Source: Somniosus microcephalus
Taxonomy: Eukaryota
NCBI GenBank assembly: GCA_052327205.1
Contig: CM126202.1
Location: 454,212,001 to 454,276,000, forward strand
Length of the DNA stretch: 64,000 bases
Direction of reading: 5' to 3'
This document shows, one piece after another, positions 46,643 to 58,689 of the stretch. The notes beneath the pieces were generated by a model, which was given only the letters and a program-made list of their open reading frames with translations, did not search any database and was not told the origin of the DNA. Made by a program: the position numbers and the translations under genes. Numbering within the stretch: position 1 is the stretch's first letter; every line of letters begins with the position of its first letter.

Positions 46643-46790
46643 AATATACTTGCAAACAATGAAATCACAATGAGGCAAATTTCCAAGCTCTGGCCAGAAG
46701 CCAAAAATACCTCTCCTATGTTGGGCCAAATCAGTAAGGTCTCTTCCTTGGTCTCTGTCCAGAAATCCGTTGCACAAAAGTCATTGCAGC

Positions 46791-46810
46791 AAAATGGCTG
46801 GCCTTTATAG
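46791..46810 (-). promoter_or_regulatory. Putative transposase core promoter (TATA box followed by a YY1-like motif)
   Basis: Minus strand CTATAAAGGCCAGCCATTTT, ~160 bp upstream of the transposase ATG. Confidence 0.4.
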
Positions 46811-47804
46811 TTCAGTGTAAGTGCCCTTTAATTAGCGCTCCCCGAGGCCCGCAGGGCCTCTGCTGCGTTCCACTTCACAGTTCTTAGCACCGCCACGCCC
46901 ACATTGGGCGGGCGCGACTGAAGTTCCGGTTTGGGGCGCACAAAGGGCGTTGCACGACGAAATGACATCATAAGCTGCGCGCGCAGCTGAGCGCGCGCAA
47001 ACACTTTGCGCCGGCGCTAAATGTCTACTGAAGTTGGGCGTAGGCGCAGATCGCCCTGCGCCCGGCCGCTAAGTGCCTAGCGCTCGAGATCTACTCCTCC
47101 TAAGGCGCTAACGGCTGGCGCACGCAACTGAATTTCTAGGCCAGTGTTTTTCAATTCTTCCTTTACCTGCGGAGTCAGATAGAAATACAAGTTGTTTATA
47201 CGATATTATCGGCAGCAGTAATTTCTAGGCTCACAAGTCATTTTCTCCCTTGTAAAGAGAAATCCTAATTCCTAAGAAACTGATAACCTCAGAGGGAGAG
47301 GGTTGAGGCAGATATAACACCAACTAGCCTTTTCTCACCTCGTTCTGACAATTATTCATCAATTACTTGTAATCTCCCTAATTCCCTTAATCTGTCATTT
47401 CTCTTCTCTCACTTGAGTTTTATTTTTGTCACACCTTCTCGGAGTCCTGCAAAAACTGACAGTATTAAAGCTCATTTATTAAGAACGCGTGGAAAAAAAA
47501 GTGCAGGGACAGCCACCCTGCCTCTGAAAGAATGTGCAAAGTATTGCACAGTAGGAGCACCATTGTGCACCAGGAGATGTTTTATTGCTGAAGGACCAAC
47601 CCATTTCCTTTAATGGTCAATTAAGATAGACCGCTATACTCTGCTGCTGTTCTACACCCATCCTATTCAGTACCACAAAATTCTCACCTGCAGGAGTCAG
47701 GATTAACAATAGAAAGGTAACTGAGGTTGAATATTACCTCATTTCCATCATCTATTTGTAAAGAAGACATGCAAAATATGTAGGGTGCCACTGAAAGCTA
47801 TAGA

Positions 47805-47912
47805 CAACAACAACAACAACGTGTATTTATACAGCGCCTTTAACATAGTCAAATGTCCCAGCGGCTTCACAGGAGCGATTATTTGACACTGAGCCACATA
47901 AAGGAGATATTA
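47805..47912 (-). mobile_element. L2 3' tail fragment
   Basis: (CAA)n, TATTTATACAGCGCCTTT, GAGCCACATAAAGGAGATATTAG. Confidence 0.65.
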
Positions 47913-47919
47913 GAACCAT

Positions 47920-48607
47920 GGCCTAGAAATTGGGTTTTGGCTTAGCCAGGGCTTTAGCGCCGGAAATTAGTGCCGGCGCTAAGTCCCCTGCGCGCGCCAA
48001 AAATTCAGTGGCGCCGCGCCCAAACGGCTGCCGGCGCTACTGAAGGGTCTTAGCGCCTGGAAAAGGGTGCTAACTGCCATTTCGCGCCGCAATTCCGGCG
48101 CTGCGGCACCCGATGCGGTGCGGCAGGCTGGGGAAGTGCAGGCCTCCTCCTTCCGTTAAGGAGGAGCTGCCTGCACCCGGCCGCGGCCCGCGCAAATCTG
48201 TTTAGAAATGAGCCCGGCACCTCGGACAAGTGCCGGGCTTGCATCTGTTCCGGGGGGGGGGGGGGGGAGAGAAGTCCGGGGAGGGAGCTGCGGGCAGGCG
48301 GCCGGCGGGAAAGCGGCCGGCCGCCGCGGGGCCTTTAATGCGCCGGCGCTAACTGCAGTAAGGCACCTCTGACAAAACGCTGGTTGCGGCTGCCACGGGC
48401 GAGGCGGCCGCAACTCAATTTCGGAGTTCGGGCGGGTTACCACGGCAACCGGGACGCTGCGCACACCGATGACGTCATCAGTGCCGGCGCAGCGCTACCG
48501 GAGCAACGCCGATTTAGGGCCCCAGGGAATTTCACTACTGGCCATAACTCCGGCGCAAGGCCCTCTAGCGCCTCAAATGAGGCGCTAAGGCTACTGAATT
48601 TTCAGCC
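47920..48607. mobile_element. Harbinger-derived MITE, same family as 36215-36912, opposite orientation
   Basis: GGCCTAGAAATT / ACTGAATTTTCAGCC ends; CAT/GAT flanks; collinear reverse-complement similarity to 36215-36912. Confidence 0.9.
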
Positions 48608-48992
48608 GATAGAAACATAGAAGATAGGAGCAGGAGTAGGCCATTCGGCCCCTCGAGCCTGCTCCGCCATTCAATGCGATCATGGCTGATCATCCAAATT
48701 CAGTACCCTGTCCCTGCTTTCTCCCCATATCCCTTGATCCCTTTAGCCTTAAGAAATATATCCAACTCCTTCTTGAATATATTTAATGAATTGGCCTCAA
48801 CTGCCATGTGTGGCAGAGAATTCCACAGGTTCACCACTCTCTGGGTGAAGAAATTCCTCCTCATCTCAGTTCTAAATGGCTTACCCCTTATCCTTAGACT
48901 GTGACCCCTGGTGCTGGACTCCCCCGCCATCGGGAACATCATTCCTGCATCTAGTCTGTCTAGTCCTGTTAGAATTTTATAAGTTTCAATGA
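48608..48992 (-). mobile_element. Young CR1 3' fragment
   Basis: ORF 48700-48942 and tail. Confidence 0.9.
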
Positions 48993-48999
48993 GAAAATG

Positions 49000-49275
49000 A
49001 ACAGATAATCTTTTTTAGTGATGTTGGTTGAGGGATAAATATTGACCCAGGACACCAGGGAGAACTCCCCAGCTCTTCTTTGAAATAGTGGCCATGAGAT
49101 TTTTCATGTCCACCTGAGAGAGCAGGTGGTGCCTCGGTTTAACGTCTCATCCGAAAGACGGCACATCTGGAGTGTCAGCCTAGATTTGTGTTCAAGTCTC
49201 TGAAATGGGGATTGAATCCACAACCTTTTGGACTCTAAGGCATGAGTGCCGCCCATTGAGACATGGCTGACACTG
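49000..49275 (-). mobile_element. DeuSINE 5' half
   Basis: GATGTTGGTTGAGGGATAAATATT..GAAAGACGGCAC.. Confidence 0.7.
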
Positions 49276-49435
49276 CCGTGGGGTCCGTCTTCGGTTACTA
49301 ATTATTCTTCCTTCACTGCTGTGGTTGCCAACTCTGGTTGGACCACACTCTGGGAGGTTTCGCCATGTGAATTCCCACCCCCATCTGCCGCACTCCCATG
49401 CCCCTGCCATTGGCCACACAACAGGCCAATCAGTC

Positions 49436-50585
49436 AAAGTTAAAGCACATGGGATTGGGGGTAAGGTACTGACTTGGATAGAGAACTGGTTGGCAGACAG
49501 GACGCAAAGAGTTGGAATAAATGGGTCTTTTTCCGAGTGGCAGGCTGTGACTAGTGGGGTACCGCAGGGATCTGTGCTAGGACCCCAGCTATTCACAATA
49601 TATATTAATGATCTAGACGAGGGAACTAGATGTAATATCTCCAAGTTTGCAGATGACACAAAGCTGGGTGGGCGTGTATGCTGTGAGGAGGATGCAAAGA
49701 AACTCCAGTATGATTTAGACAGGTTGGGTGATTGGGCAGAAGCATGGCAGATGCAATATAACGTGGATAAATGCGAGGTTATCCACTTTGGTGGCAAAAA
49801 CAGGAAGGCAGATTATTATCTGAACGGCAATAGATTGGGAGAAGGGGAAGTGCAACGAGACCTGGGTGTCCTTGTGCACCAGACGCTGAAGGTAAGCATG
49901 GAGGTGCAGCAGGCGGTTAAGAAGGCAAATGGTATGTTGGCCTTCATAGCGAGAGAATTCGAGTATAGGAGCAAGGATGTCTTGCTGCAGTTGTACAGGC
50001 CTTGGTGAGACCACACCTTGAGTATTGTGTGCAGTTTTGGTCGCCTTATCTGAGGAAGGATGTTCTTGCCATGGAAGGAGTGCAGCGAAGATTCACCAGA
50101 CTGATACCTGGGATGGCAGGAATGACGTATGAGGAGAGATTGGGTCGATTGGGCTTGTATTCGCTAGAGTTTAGAAGAATGAGAGGGGATCTCATTGAAA
50201 CTTATAAAATTCTAACAGGACTAGACAGACTAAATGCAGCAAGGATGTTCCCGATGGCGGGGGAGTCCAGAACCAGGGGTCACAGTCTAAGGATATGGGG
50301 TAAGCCATTTAGGACTGAGATGAGGAAGAATTTCTTCACCCAGAGAGTGGTGAACCTGTGGAATTCTCTACCACAGAAGGCAGTTGAGGCTATTTCAGTA
50401 AATATATTCAAGAAGGAGTTAGATATATTTCTTAAGGCTAAAAGGATCACGGGATATGGGGAGAAGGCAGGGACGGGGGAACTGAGTTTGGATGATCAGC
50501 CATGATTGCATTGAATGGCAGAGCAGGCTCGAGGGGCCGAATGGCCTACTCCTGCTCCTATCTTCTATGTTTCTATATTTCTATG
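49436..50585 (+). mobile_element. Young CR1, 5'-truncated
   Basis: KVKAHGIGGKV..FADDTKL..; frameshift near 50000; tail. Confidence 0.92.
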
Positions 50586-50694
50586 AAAGAGTCATCTTTA
50601 CATCTGGAGACTCCAGGACGATCCGGGAGGGTTGGCAACGCCTCTGAGTCAGAAGGTCATGGGTTACAAGCCCCACTCTGGAGACAACAGACCC

Positions 50695-51090
50695 AGACAT
50701 GAGGCGAGGAAAACCCCCAGCGGTGGAGAACTTTGGGAACCAGAGGTCCAAAGTCACCTCTTCCTCCCGAGCACATTACACTCACCACTCGTCATGTCTC
50801 AAATTGCTCCTGTACTGTTTTCCTAAAATATTATTTTCTGAAATACATCTCTCTAATTTGCATTTGATTGAATCAATACAAACTGCTTCCACCATCTCCC
50901 CAGGGAGCCTGTCCCACAGATTGACCACTCGCTCACTGAAATAGTGTTTCCTCAGATTAGTTTTAAATTTACCCCCTTCAAGCGCGGGCCATGTCCTCTG
51001 GTTCCACTGTTCTGGACAAGGTGAGACAGCTCGTCACGGTCGACATTATCCAGTCCCGTTAGAAACCTAAAACCGGCAATCATATCTTGA
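50695..51090 (-). mobile_element. 3' region of a further CR1-group LINE family (also at 41300-41545, 52345-52445, 53090-53270)
   Basis: Shared GAGACATG..GGTGAGTG..CTTTGGACCTCTGGTTCCCAAAG..GGGGGTTTTCCTC 3' UTR among the four copies. Confidence 0.6.
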
Positions 51091-51269
51091 GGCTCTCAGC
51101 GCACTGACTGCCAAATACATCTCTCTGTATTCAATTAAAGCTCCACCAGCTGACGGACGTTGCCCGAATCGATGATCATCGCCACGCTTCCTTTTATTTT
51201 CCTGCTGCCTGTTTTGAAAAAGCATAGTACTTTAATACTATTAGTAAATCAGAAAGCAAGAATGTGCAC

Positions 51270-52152
51270 CTATATAGCTTCTCACCAAATCCTCATGACA
51301 ACTCAAAGTGTTTCATCTGCCATGAATTACTTTTGAAGAGCAGCCACTCTTGTTATGTGGGAAACACAATAGCCAATTTGCACACAGCAAGCTCCCACCA
51401 ACAGCAATGAGATAAATAACAGGATAACTTGTTCCTGATCGTGTTGGTTGAAGGGGGAATGCTGACCAGAACACTATAAAGTTCAACTCATCACACTGCT
51501 TCAAATCTTATATGCTCTCCTGAACAGGTAGAGGGAGCCTCGGTTTAACAACTCACCTGGAAGATCGCACCTCTGACAGTGCCGCATTCCCGGGGCTAAA
51601 AGGGCTAAATTACGAGGACAGGTGGCACAGACTAGGCTTGTATTCCCTTGAATATAGAAGATTAAGGGGTGATCTAATTGAGATGTTTAAAATGATCAAA
51701 GGATTCGATAGGGTAGAGAGAGAAACTATTTCCTCTGGTGGGGGGAGTCCAGAACAAGGGGGCAGAACCGTAAAATTAGAGCCAGGCCGTTCAGGGGTGA
51801 TGTCAGGAAGCACTTCTTCACACAAAGGGTGGTGGAAATCTGGAACTCTCTCCCCCAAAAAGCTGTTGAGGCTGGGGCTCAATTGTAAATTTCTAAACTA
51901 AGACTGCTAGGTTTTTATTTGGGATGGGTATTAAAGGTTACAGAACTAAGGCAGGTAAAGATACCGATCAGCCATGAATTAATTGAATGACGGAACAGGC
52001 TCGAGGGGCTGAATGGCCTCCTACCGTTCCTTTGTACGTTACGTTCTGCACTGAAGTGTTAGCCCAGACCACGTTCTCAAGTCCTGGATTGTGACTTGAA
52101 CCCACAGAGCTCTAACTCGGAGGCGAGAGTGCTACCAACTGAGCCAAACTGA
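51270..52152 (-). mobile_element. Decayed DeuSINE split by a + strand CR1 3' fragment (51592-52030)
   Basis: SINE halves at 51270-51590 and 52045-52152; CR1 YSLEYRRLRGDLIEMFK between them. Confidence 0.7.
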
Positions 52153-52464
52153 CAATTGCACAGCAAATGGGGCATTAAGTACATTACCCCATACCAAATA
52201 AATGCCCCCCACCCAGTCATCTGCTTGGTAATGTTCAGCACATTGAATATAGTCAATCCATCTTCATCCAAACACAACAGCGAATCTGGCTGCTTTATAC
52301 TGCAGCCCAGGATTTGAGAGAGTGATGTAACTGTTCTCCTTTCCTCATTCAAATGCAAATTAGATAGATTTCTTTCAGAAAATGTCACTTTGGGATCCAG
52401 TATTTGAGTAATTTGAGACATGACATGTGGTAAGTGTATCAAGCTTAGGAGGAACTTTGGACCT

Positions 52465-53050
52465 ATGCCTTGTTACTTCTAGACTTGACTATTCCAACGC
52501 ACTCCTGGCCGGCCTCCCGCGTTCTACCCTACATAAATTTGAGGTCATCCAAAACTCGGCTGCCCCTGTCCTAACTCGCACCAAGTCCCGTTCGCCCACC
52601 ACCACTGTGCTCGCTGACTTTCATTGACTCCTGGTTAAGCAGCGCCTCGATTTTAAAATTCTCATCCTTGTTTTCAAATCCCTCCATGGCCTCGCCCCGC
52701 CCTGTCTGTAACCTCCTCCAGCCACACAACCCCCCCCTCCCCCGAGATATCGCTCTCCTCTAATTCTGGCCTCTTGAACATCCCTGATTTTAATCGCTCC
52801 ATCATTGGTGGCCGTGCCTTCAGCTGCCGGGGCCCTAAGCTCAGGAATTTCCTCCCTAAACTTCTCCGCCTCTCTACCTCCCTCTACTCCTTTAAGACAC
52901 TCCTTAAAACCTAATTCTTTGACCAAGCTTTTGGTCATCTGCCCTAATATCTCCTTATGTGGCTCGGTGACAAATTTTGTTTTATAACCTTCCTGTGAAA
53001 CGCCTTGGGACATTTTACTACATTAAAGGCGCTGTATAAATACAACTACT
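52465..53050 (+). mobile_element. L2 LINE 3' fragment
   Basis: VTSRLDYSNALLAGLP..IQNSAA.VLTRTK, typical L2 ORF2 C-terminus; tail AAAGGCGCTGTATAAATACAA. Confidence 0.88.
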
Positions 53051-53319
53051 TCTTCTTCTTCTTACTCCACCTCCTCCTTCTCCTCCTCTCCACCACTGGG
53101 GGTTTTCCTCGCCTCATGTCTGGGTCTGTTGTAGACTCATTGATCGAGATTGATCGCTGTGATTGGTCAACAACTGCAGTATCATTGTATCATGTGACTA
53201 CCAGGATGAGAGAAGGTGAATTAGATGGACCTTGGCCTTTGTTCGTCTAGCAATTCCTAAGTTCCTATGTAAAGGTAAGCCAGGGCATTTTAGGTGTACC
53301 ACTACAATACGATCTACTC

Positions 53320-53822
53320 TTGAAATGAAAGCAAATGCTGCAGTCAACTTGCGCACAGCAAGATCCCATAAATAGTAATAATAAGAAAGACAGACAGACT
53401 TACTAACTGACTAGTAACTTGCTGACTAGTAACTTACTGACTGTCTGACTGCCTAGTAACTTACTGACTGACTTACTTACTTACATTTATACAGCGCCTT
53501 TCATGATGACTTCAGGACATCCCAAATGTTTCCCACATTACAACAGCGACTACACTTCAAAAGTACTTCATTGGCTGTAAAGTGCTTTGGGACGTCCGGT
53601 GGTCGTGAAAGGCGCGATAGAAATGCAAGTTTTTTTTTCCTTCTTTTCTTTCAAAGTGCTTTACAGCCAATGAAGTACTTTTTAGAAGTGCAGTCACTGT
53701 TGTAATGTCGGAAATGTGGTAGTCACTTTGCGCACAGCAAGCTCCCACAAACAGCAATGTGAAAAATAACCACAGAATCTGTTGTAGTGATGTTGGTTGA
53801 GGGACAAACATTGGCCCAGGAT
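53320..53822. mobile_element. Cluster of DeuSINE fragments in both orientations plus a (GACT/ACTT)n microsatellite
   Basis: Recurring ACAGCCAATGAAGTACTTTT and GCACAGCAAG motifs; simple repeat at 53388-53484. Confidence 0.65.
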
Positions 53823-54249
53823 GACCGATATATGATGTCACTGCAGAGAGAACAGCTGCATGCGAGATGATGTCATCGCGGTACGTTATCACGACACCGT
53901 TACCGAAACGCACTGCCCCATTACAGATCCGGGGAAAATCCAATTTAAAAAAACCCCCAAATCCAGCAAATTAAAATCAATGATCCCACAAGGCTTTGTG
54001 AGAGGCGTGCTACGGGAGTCAGTGACTGCAGAACAACACAACAGCAGCTTACATGAGAGTCATGTATTCATTGTTTGTGGTGTGGATTGAATTGTTGAGT
54101 GAATGATTAGACAACTGCGCTGCCAAGGTTTGCAAAATTGGCTAGTTTTAAATCAGAAGATTATGATCCAACTATAATCTGGATCCAGGGCAGGGCAAAA
54201 AAAATCCTTGGTAAGCTCATTTTTTGGTGTGATTCAGCTGTATTTATGT

Positions 54250-54680
54250 GGAGAGATTAGAGGAGCTGGGATCATTCTCCTTAGAGTAGGGAAGTTTAAG
54301 AGGAGAATTAATAGAGGTGTTCAAAATTACAAGGTGTTTTGATAGAGTAAATAAGGAGAAACTGTTTCCATCTGCAGGAGGGGCAGTAACCAGAGGACAC
54401 AGATTGAAGAGACTTGGGAAAAGAACCAGAGGGGAAATGAGAAGAAGTTTTTACGCAGCGAGTTGTTGTGATCTGGAACGCGCTGCCTGAAAGGGCGGTG
54501 GAAGCAGATTCAATAGTAACTTTCAAAAGAGAATTGGATAAATACTTGAAAAGGAGAAATTGTCAGGGCTCTGGGGAAAGAGCGGTGGGGGGGGGGGATT
54601 AATTGGAGAGCCCTTTCAAAGAGCTGGCACAGGCACAATGGGCCAAATGGCCTGCTTCTGTGCTGCATCATTCTATGATT
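54250..54680 (+). mobile_element. CR1 3' fragment
   Basis: TTCTCCTTAGAG..GGAGAAACTGTTTCCA..GGGCCAAATGGCCT..TTCTATGATT. Confidence 0.8.
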
Positions 54681-55579
54681 TACCCGCCTTGCATCTGCCG
54701 AGATTATGTGCTCCAGTCCGGCGGTGTGGCTTGAACCCACAACCACCTAACTCGGAGGCGAGTGTGTACCACCAACTGAACCCAACAGACACTAGAGCTG
54801 CCCTTCAGTCTAGAGAAGGTTAATGAAATGTGAAGACCGACAACTCGCACTGAACGGTAGCTGAGTTTTAAATCTGTGATGTTACTTTCATCCTATTAAT
54901 CTAAGTGCGTTGTATTACTTGAATAATTCAATGTGCATGCTAATTAGTGTTATTGTACTTCACATAATTCAGGATGGTACATTAATTAGCTGGAGAGAAA
55001 CTCACCTAATAAAAAAGTTTTAGTGCTAGAAATAATTTATCATTGATTAACTAATTAGAAAAAAACTGCTTTATAATAGCTTCAATTAGCGTACAAATGT
55101 TCTTCACAATAAAAGTCCGATGGGGGCACTTTCTATTCTGTATTGTCTAAATCACTATGTCTTAATAGAATTAATTTTGAAGTATGTGCTTTTCATCATC
55201 AATTCCACTTCTCCAGATAATTGCGATGACAGCTGATTTGCAAGAAGCACTGTTAAAAAATATTACCGAATAATGAACCCGCTGACACCTTTCTCTGGTG
55301 CATACAAGGGATAATCTTCTCGCTTTACATGGGTAACAGGGAACCGCACACACCTGTTGGAAATTCTGGTCAGCGCGCCGCGGGAATTTCCGACCAATTT
55401 GGTCAGAAAAGTCGTGTGCGGGACGGACGATGATTTTGCTCTTAAAATCACAGAAATTTACTGCACAGAAGGAGGCCGTTCGGCCCAGCGTGTCTGTGCC
55501 AGAATCTGGGGTGAGGTTCCCCACCCCCTAGAAACAGGTTGGAAAAATTGGCCCACTATAACCTCTCGATCTCCCGTGG

Positions 55580-55905
55580 CATCGTGCTCCTTGAGTTGGC
55601 CTTCCCCTGCCCGCCGGGTCTCACTTAGGGCGGCAATGTCAATGTCAAAATGTCTGAGCTCCTGGGCAACGATAGCAGTACGACATTCCGGTCTGTCACT
55701 GTTGGGGTTGTCCACGAGGGTCCTGACGTTCCAGGTCCCGAACTTCATTTTAAAGGGAGGAAGATGCCTGTGCCTGAATTCTTTTAACATTGGGTGGCCG
55801 TTGCACACCAGCTACCACACGGGCTTGACAGAGCAAGATCTTGGTCCAATGGCAAGGGGATCCAAGACGATTGGAGACCAGGCTCTGCTACAATGGCCTA
55901 GCACA
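55580..55905 (-). mobile_element. RTE-clade LINE 5' fragment (5' UTR plus endonuclease start)
   Basis: MKFGTWNVRTL..RTAIVAQEL..DIDIAALSETR..GEGQLKE. Confidence 0.85.
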
Positions 55906-56429
55906 CACACACAAACATACTGCTACTGTCCTCCTCCCTCCTTCCCACAGGTCCTCTCTGCCTGGGTTTCGTAGGATGCATTGTGGTCCTCCCGACCTCG
56001 CTGTTGGCTCTTGCCGCACCTTCCCTGGGCCCCGACCCCGCTGCTGGTCCACACTGCGCCACTCCTGGGCCAATGACCTCGCTGCTGGGCTCATCCTCGC
56101 TCCTGGGTCCTGGCCTCGGACATGAATGATGTTGTCTCTCACAGGATCAAATTAGCACTGATATTCTCGTGATCCCTGGCCCCGAGCTCCACTTGTGATC
56201 CACTAGTCACTAGATCACTAGTCTAGTGGGGAAGTGTAGTCTTGACGACAGAGAGGTCTGGGAATTTGGGAGCTAAGTTTAAGTGAAGAGACAGTGCTCA
56301 CTGTCAGGAAGTGTCTGCTGATGTAAGATTTTAAATATATTTTCGATAGTTATTGTTTGGATCTTGATGCGATGGTCTACAGTGAATATTTATCAGTGGA
56401 AGCTCATCAAGTTAATCTGGCAAGTACCT

Positions 56430-56700
56430 GAGCTATATGGACTAAGAATTTCCAAGGTTTGATCCCCAGGCGTGCTGAGGTAGTTAACCCTTAGTTGAGG
56501 CTTTTACAATTGACCTCAGACCCGAGCTGGGGCAGTGGTAGGGCTGCCATTCCTGACCTCAAATCCCTTGGGTTACAAAGGGAGTAATTGGACAGAGTTC
56601 CTGTCGCTAATTCCCACCCAGAGATCTCAGCTTGGAATGTGTATGAATGGAGAGTGGGAAGGGACAACTTTGGGATTGGGGGAGTAGCTTCCTCAACACT
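56430..56700 (+). mobile_element. Old tRNA-derived SINE remnant (LF-SINE-like)
   Basis: B-box-like GGTTTGATCCCC followed by GTGCTGAG.TAG; resemblance from memory only. Confidence 0.3.
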
Positions 56701-57021
56701 CCCTATCAAGAGTTGCCCGTGAATCGTGGCCAGTTGGGCTTTAAATCTTTCCTGTTTTTTGGAAGAGACATTAAACCAAGGCCGCGCATGCCTGCTCAGG
56801 TAATTGTAAATGACCCCAGGGCCGCATTCGATGAGTTCATGGTCAACATTCCTCCCTCATTAAAACTCTCAAAGGCAATCATATTGTAACTGGCTCATGT
56901 CCACAGCTACTGCTGATGGTGCTGACTGGGTAAGGGTGACAGTTCGACATATTGTTCTTAAGTCCATTTGCCTGAATAAAAAATGTCACAGAGTGCTACA
57001 GCCTAGAAATTACTTTTTTAA

Positions 57022-58597
57022 AAATTCATTCCTGGGATGTGGGCATTACTGGCAAGGCCAGCATTTATTGCCCATCCCTAATTGCCCTTGAGAAGGTGGT
57101 GGCTCACCACCTTCTTGAACCACTGCAGTCCGTGAGGTGAAGGTACTCCCGCAGTGCTGTTAGGGAGGGAGTTCCAGGATTTTGACCCAGCGGCGATGAA
57201 GGAACGACGATATATTTCCAAGTCAGGATGGTGTGTAACTTGGAGGGGCACTTGGAGATGGTGGTGTTCCCATGCACCTGCTGCCCTTGTCCTTCTAGGT
57301 GGAAGAGGTCGCGGGTTTGGGAGATGCTGTCGAAGAAGCCTTGACAAATTGCTTCAGTGCATCTTGTAGACGGTACACACTGCAGCCACGGTACGCCGGT
57401 GGTGGAGGGAGTGAATGTTTAAGGTGGTGGATGGGGTGCCAATCAAGCAGGCTGCTTTGTCCTGGATGGTGTCGAGCTTCTTGAGTGTTGTTGGAGCTGC
57501 ACTCATCCAGGCAAGTGAAGAGTATTCCATCACATTCCTGACTTGTGCCTTGTAGATGGTGGAAAGTTTTGGGGAGTCAGGAGATGAGACACTTGCCGCA
57601 GAATACCCAGCCTCTGACCTGCTCTTGCTGCCACAGTATTTATGTGGCTGGTCCAGTTAAGTTTCTGGTCAATGTCGAACCCCAGGATGTTGATGGTGGG
57701 GGATTCAGTGATGGTAATGCTGTTGAATGTCAAGGGGCGGTGGTTAGACTCTCGCTTGTTGGAGATAGTCATTTCCTGGCACTTGTGTGGCACAAAATTA
57801 CCTGCCACTTATCAGCCCAAGCCCGAATGTTGTCCAGTTCTTGCTGCATGCGGGCATGGACTGCTTCATTATCTGAGGAGTTGCAAATGGAACTGAACAC
57901 TGTGCAGTCATCAGTGAACATCCCCATTTCTGACCTTATGATGGAGGGAAGGTCATTGATGAAGCAGCTGAAGATGGTTGGACCTAGGACACTGCCCTGA
58001 GGAATTCCTGCAGCGATGTCCTGGAGCTGAGATGATTGACCTCCAACAACCACAACCATCTTCCTTTATGCTAGGTATGACTCCAGCCAGTGGAGAGTTT
58101 TCCCATTGACTTCAATTTTACTAGGGCTCCTTGATGCCAAACTCGGTCAAATGCTGCCTTGATGTCAAGGGCAGTCACTCTCACCTCACCTCTGGAATGA
58201 GGTCTGGAGCCGAGTGGTCCTGGCGGAATCCAAACTGAGCATCAGTGAGCAGGTTATTGGTGAGTAAGTGTCGCTTGATAGCAGTATCGATAACACCTTC
58301 CATCACTTTGCTGATGATTGAGAATAGACTGATGGGGCGGTAGTTGGCCAGGTTGGATTTGTCCTGCTTTTTGTGGACAGGACATAACTGGGCAGTTTTC
58401 ACAATTGTCGGGTAGATGCCAGTGTTGTAGCTGTACTGGAACAGCTTGGCTAGCGGCGCGGCTACTTCTGGAGCACAAGTCTTCAGCACGACAGCCGGGA
58501 TGTTGTCGGGGCCCACAGCCTTTGCTGTATCCAGTGCGCTCAGCCGTTTCTTGATATCACGTGGAGTGAATCGAATTGGCTGAAGACTGGCTTCTGT
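57022..58597 (-). mobile_element. CR1-group LINE RT/3' fragment (distinct family); second tail copy at 60845-61040
   Basis: [43 protein letters not shown]; tail GGGCAATAAATGCTGGCCTTGCCAG. Confidence 0.88.
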
Positions 58598-58689
58598 TGC
58601 TGATATCAGTAAGCAAGGGTTTGCAAATGACATTTCTCTGTTCACTATTTTAATGCTGATGCTATAACTCCTCTATTTTGGATGAATGA

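Larger units (their letters stand above)
42828..47142. mobile_element. Complete two-gene PIF/Harbinger DNA transposon (4315 bp)
   Basis: Perfect 16-bp TIRs GGCCTAGAAATTCAGT (42828-42843, 47127-47142); AGT TSD at 42825-42827 and 47143-47145; convergent Myb/SANT and DDE genes. Confidence 0.96.

Noticed and set aside
45497-46777. Host HARBI1 gene
   Set aside because: It lies inside TIRs and a TSD with a Myb partner gene, so it is a transposon ORF; gene symbol withheld.
46016-46810. 264-aa + strand ORF and similar antisense ORFs over CR1 and Penelope sequence
   Set aside because: Antisense shadows of GC-rich or RT coding sequence with no recognisable motifs.
56199-56229. CACTAG repeats forming a small palindrome
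   Set aside because: Too short and isolated to assign a function; compatible with a local micro-duplication.
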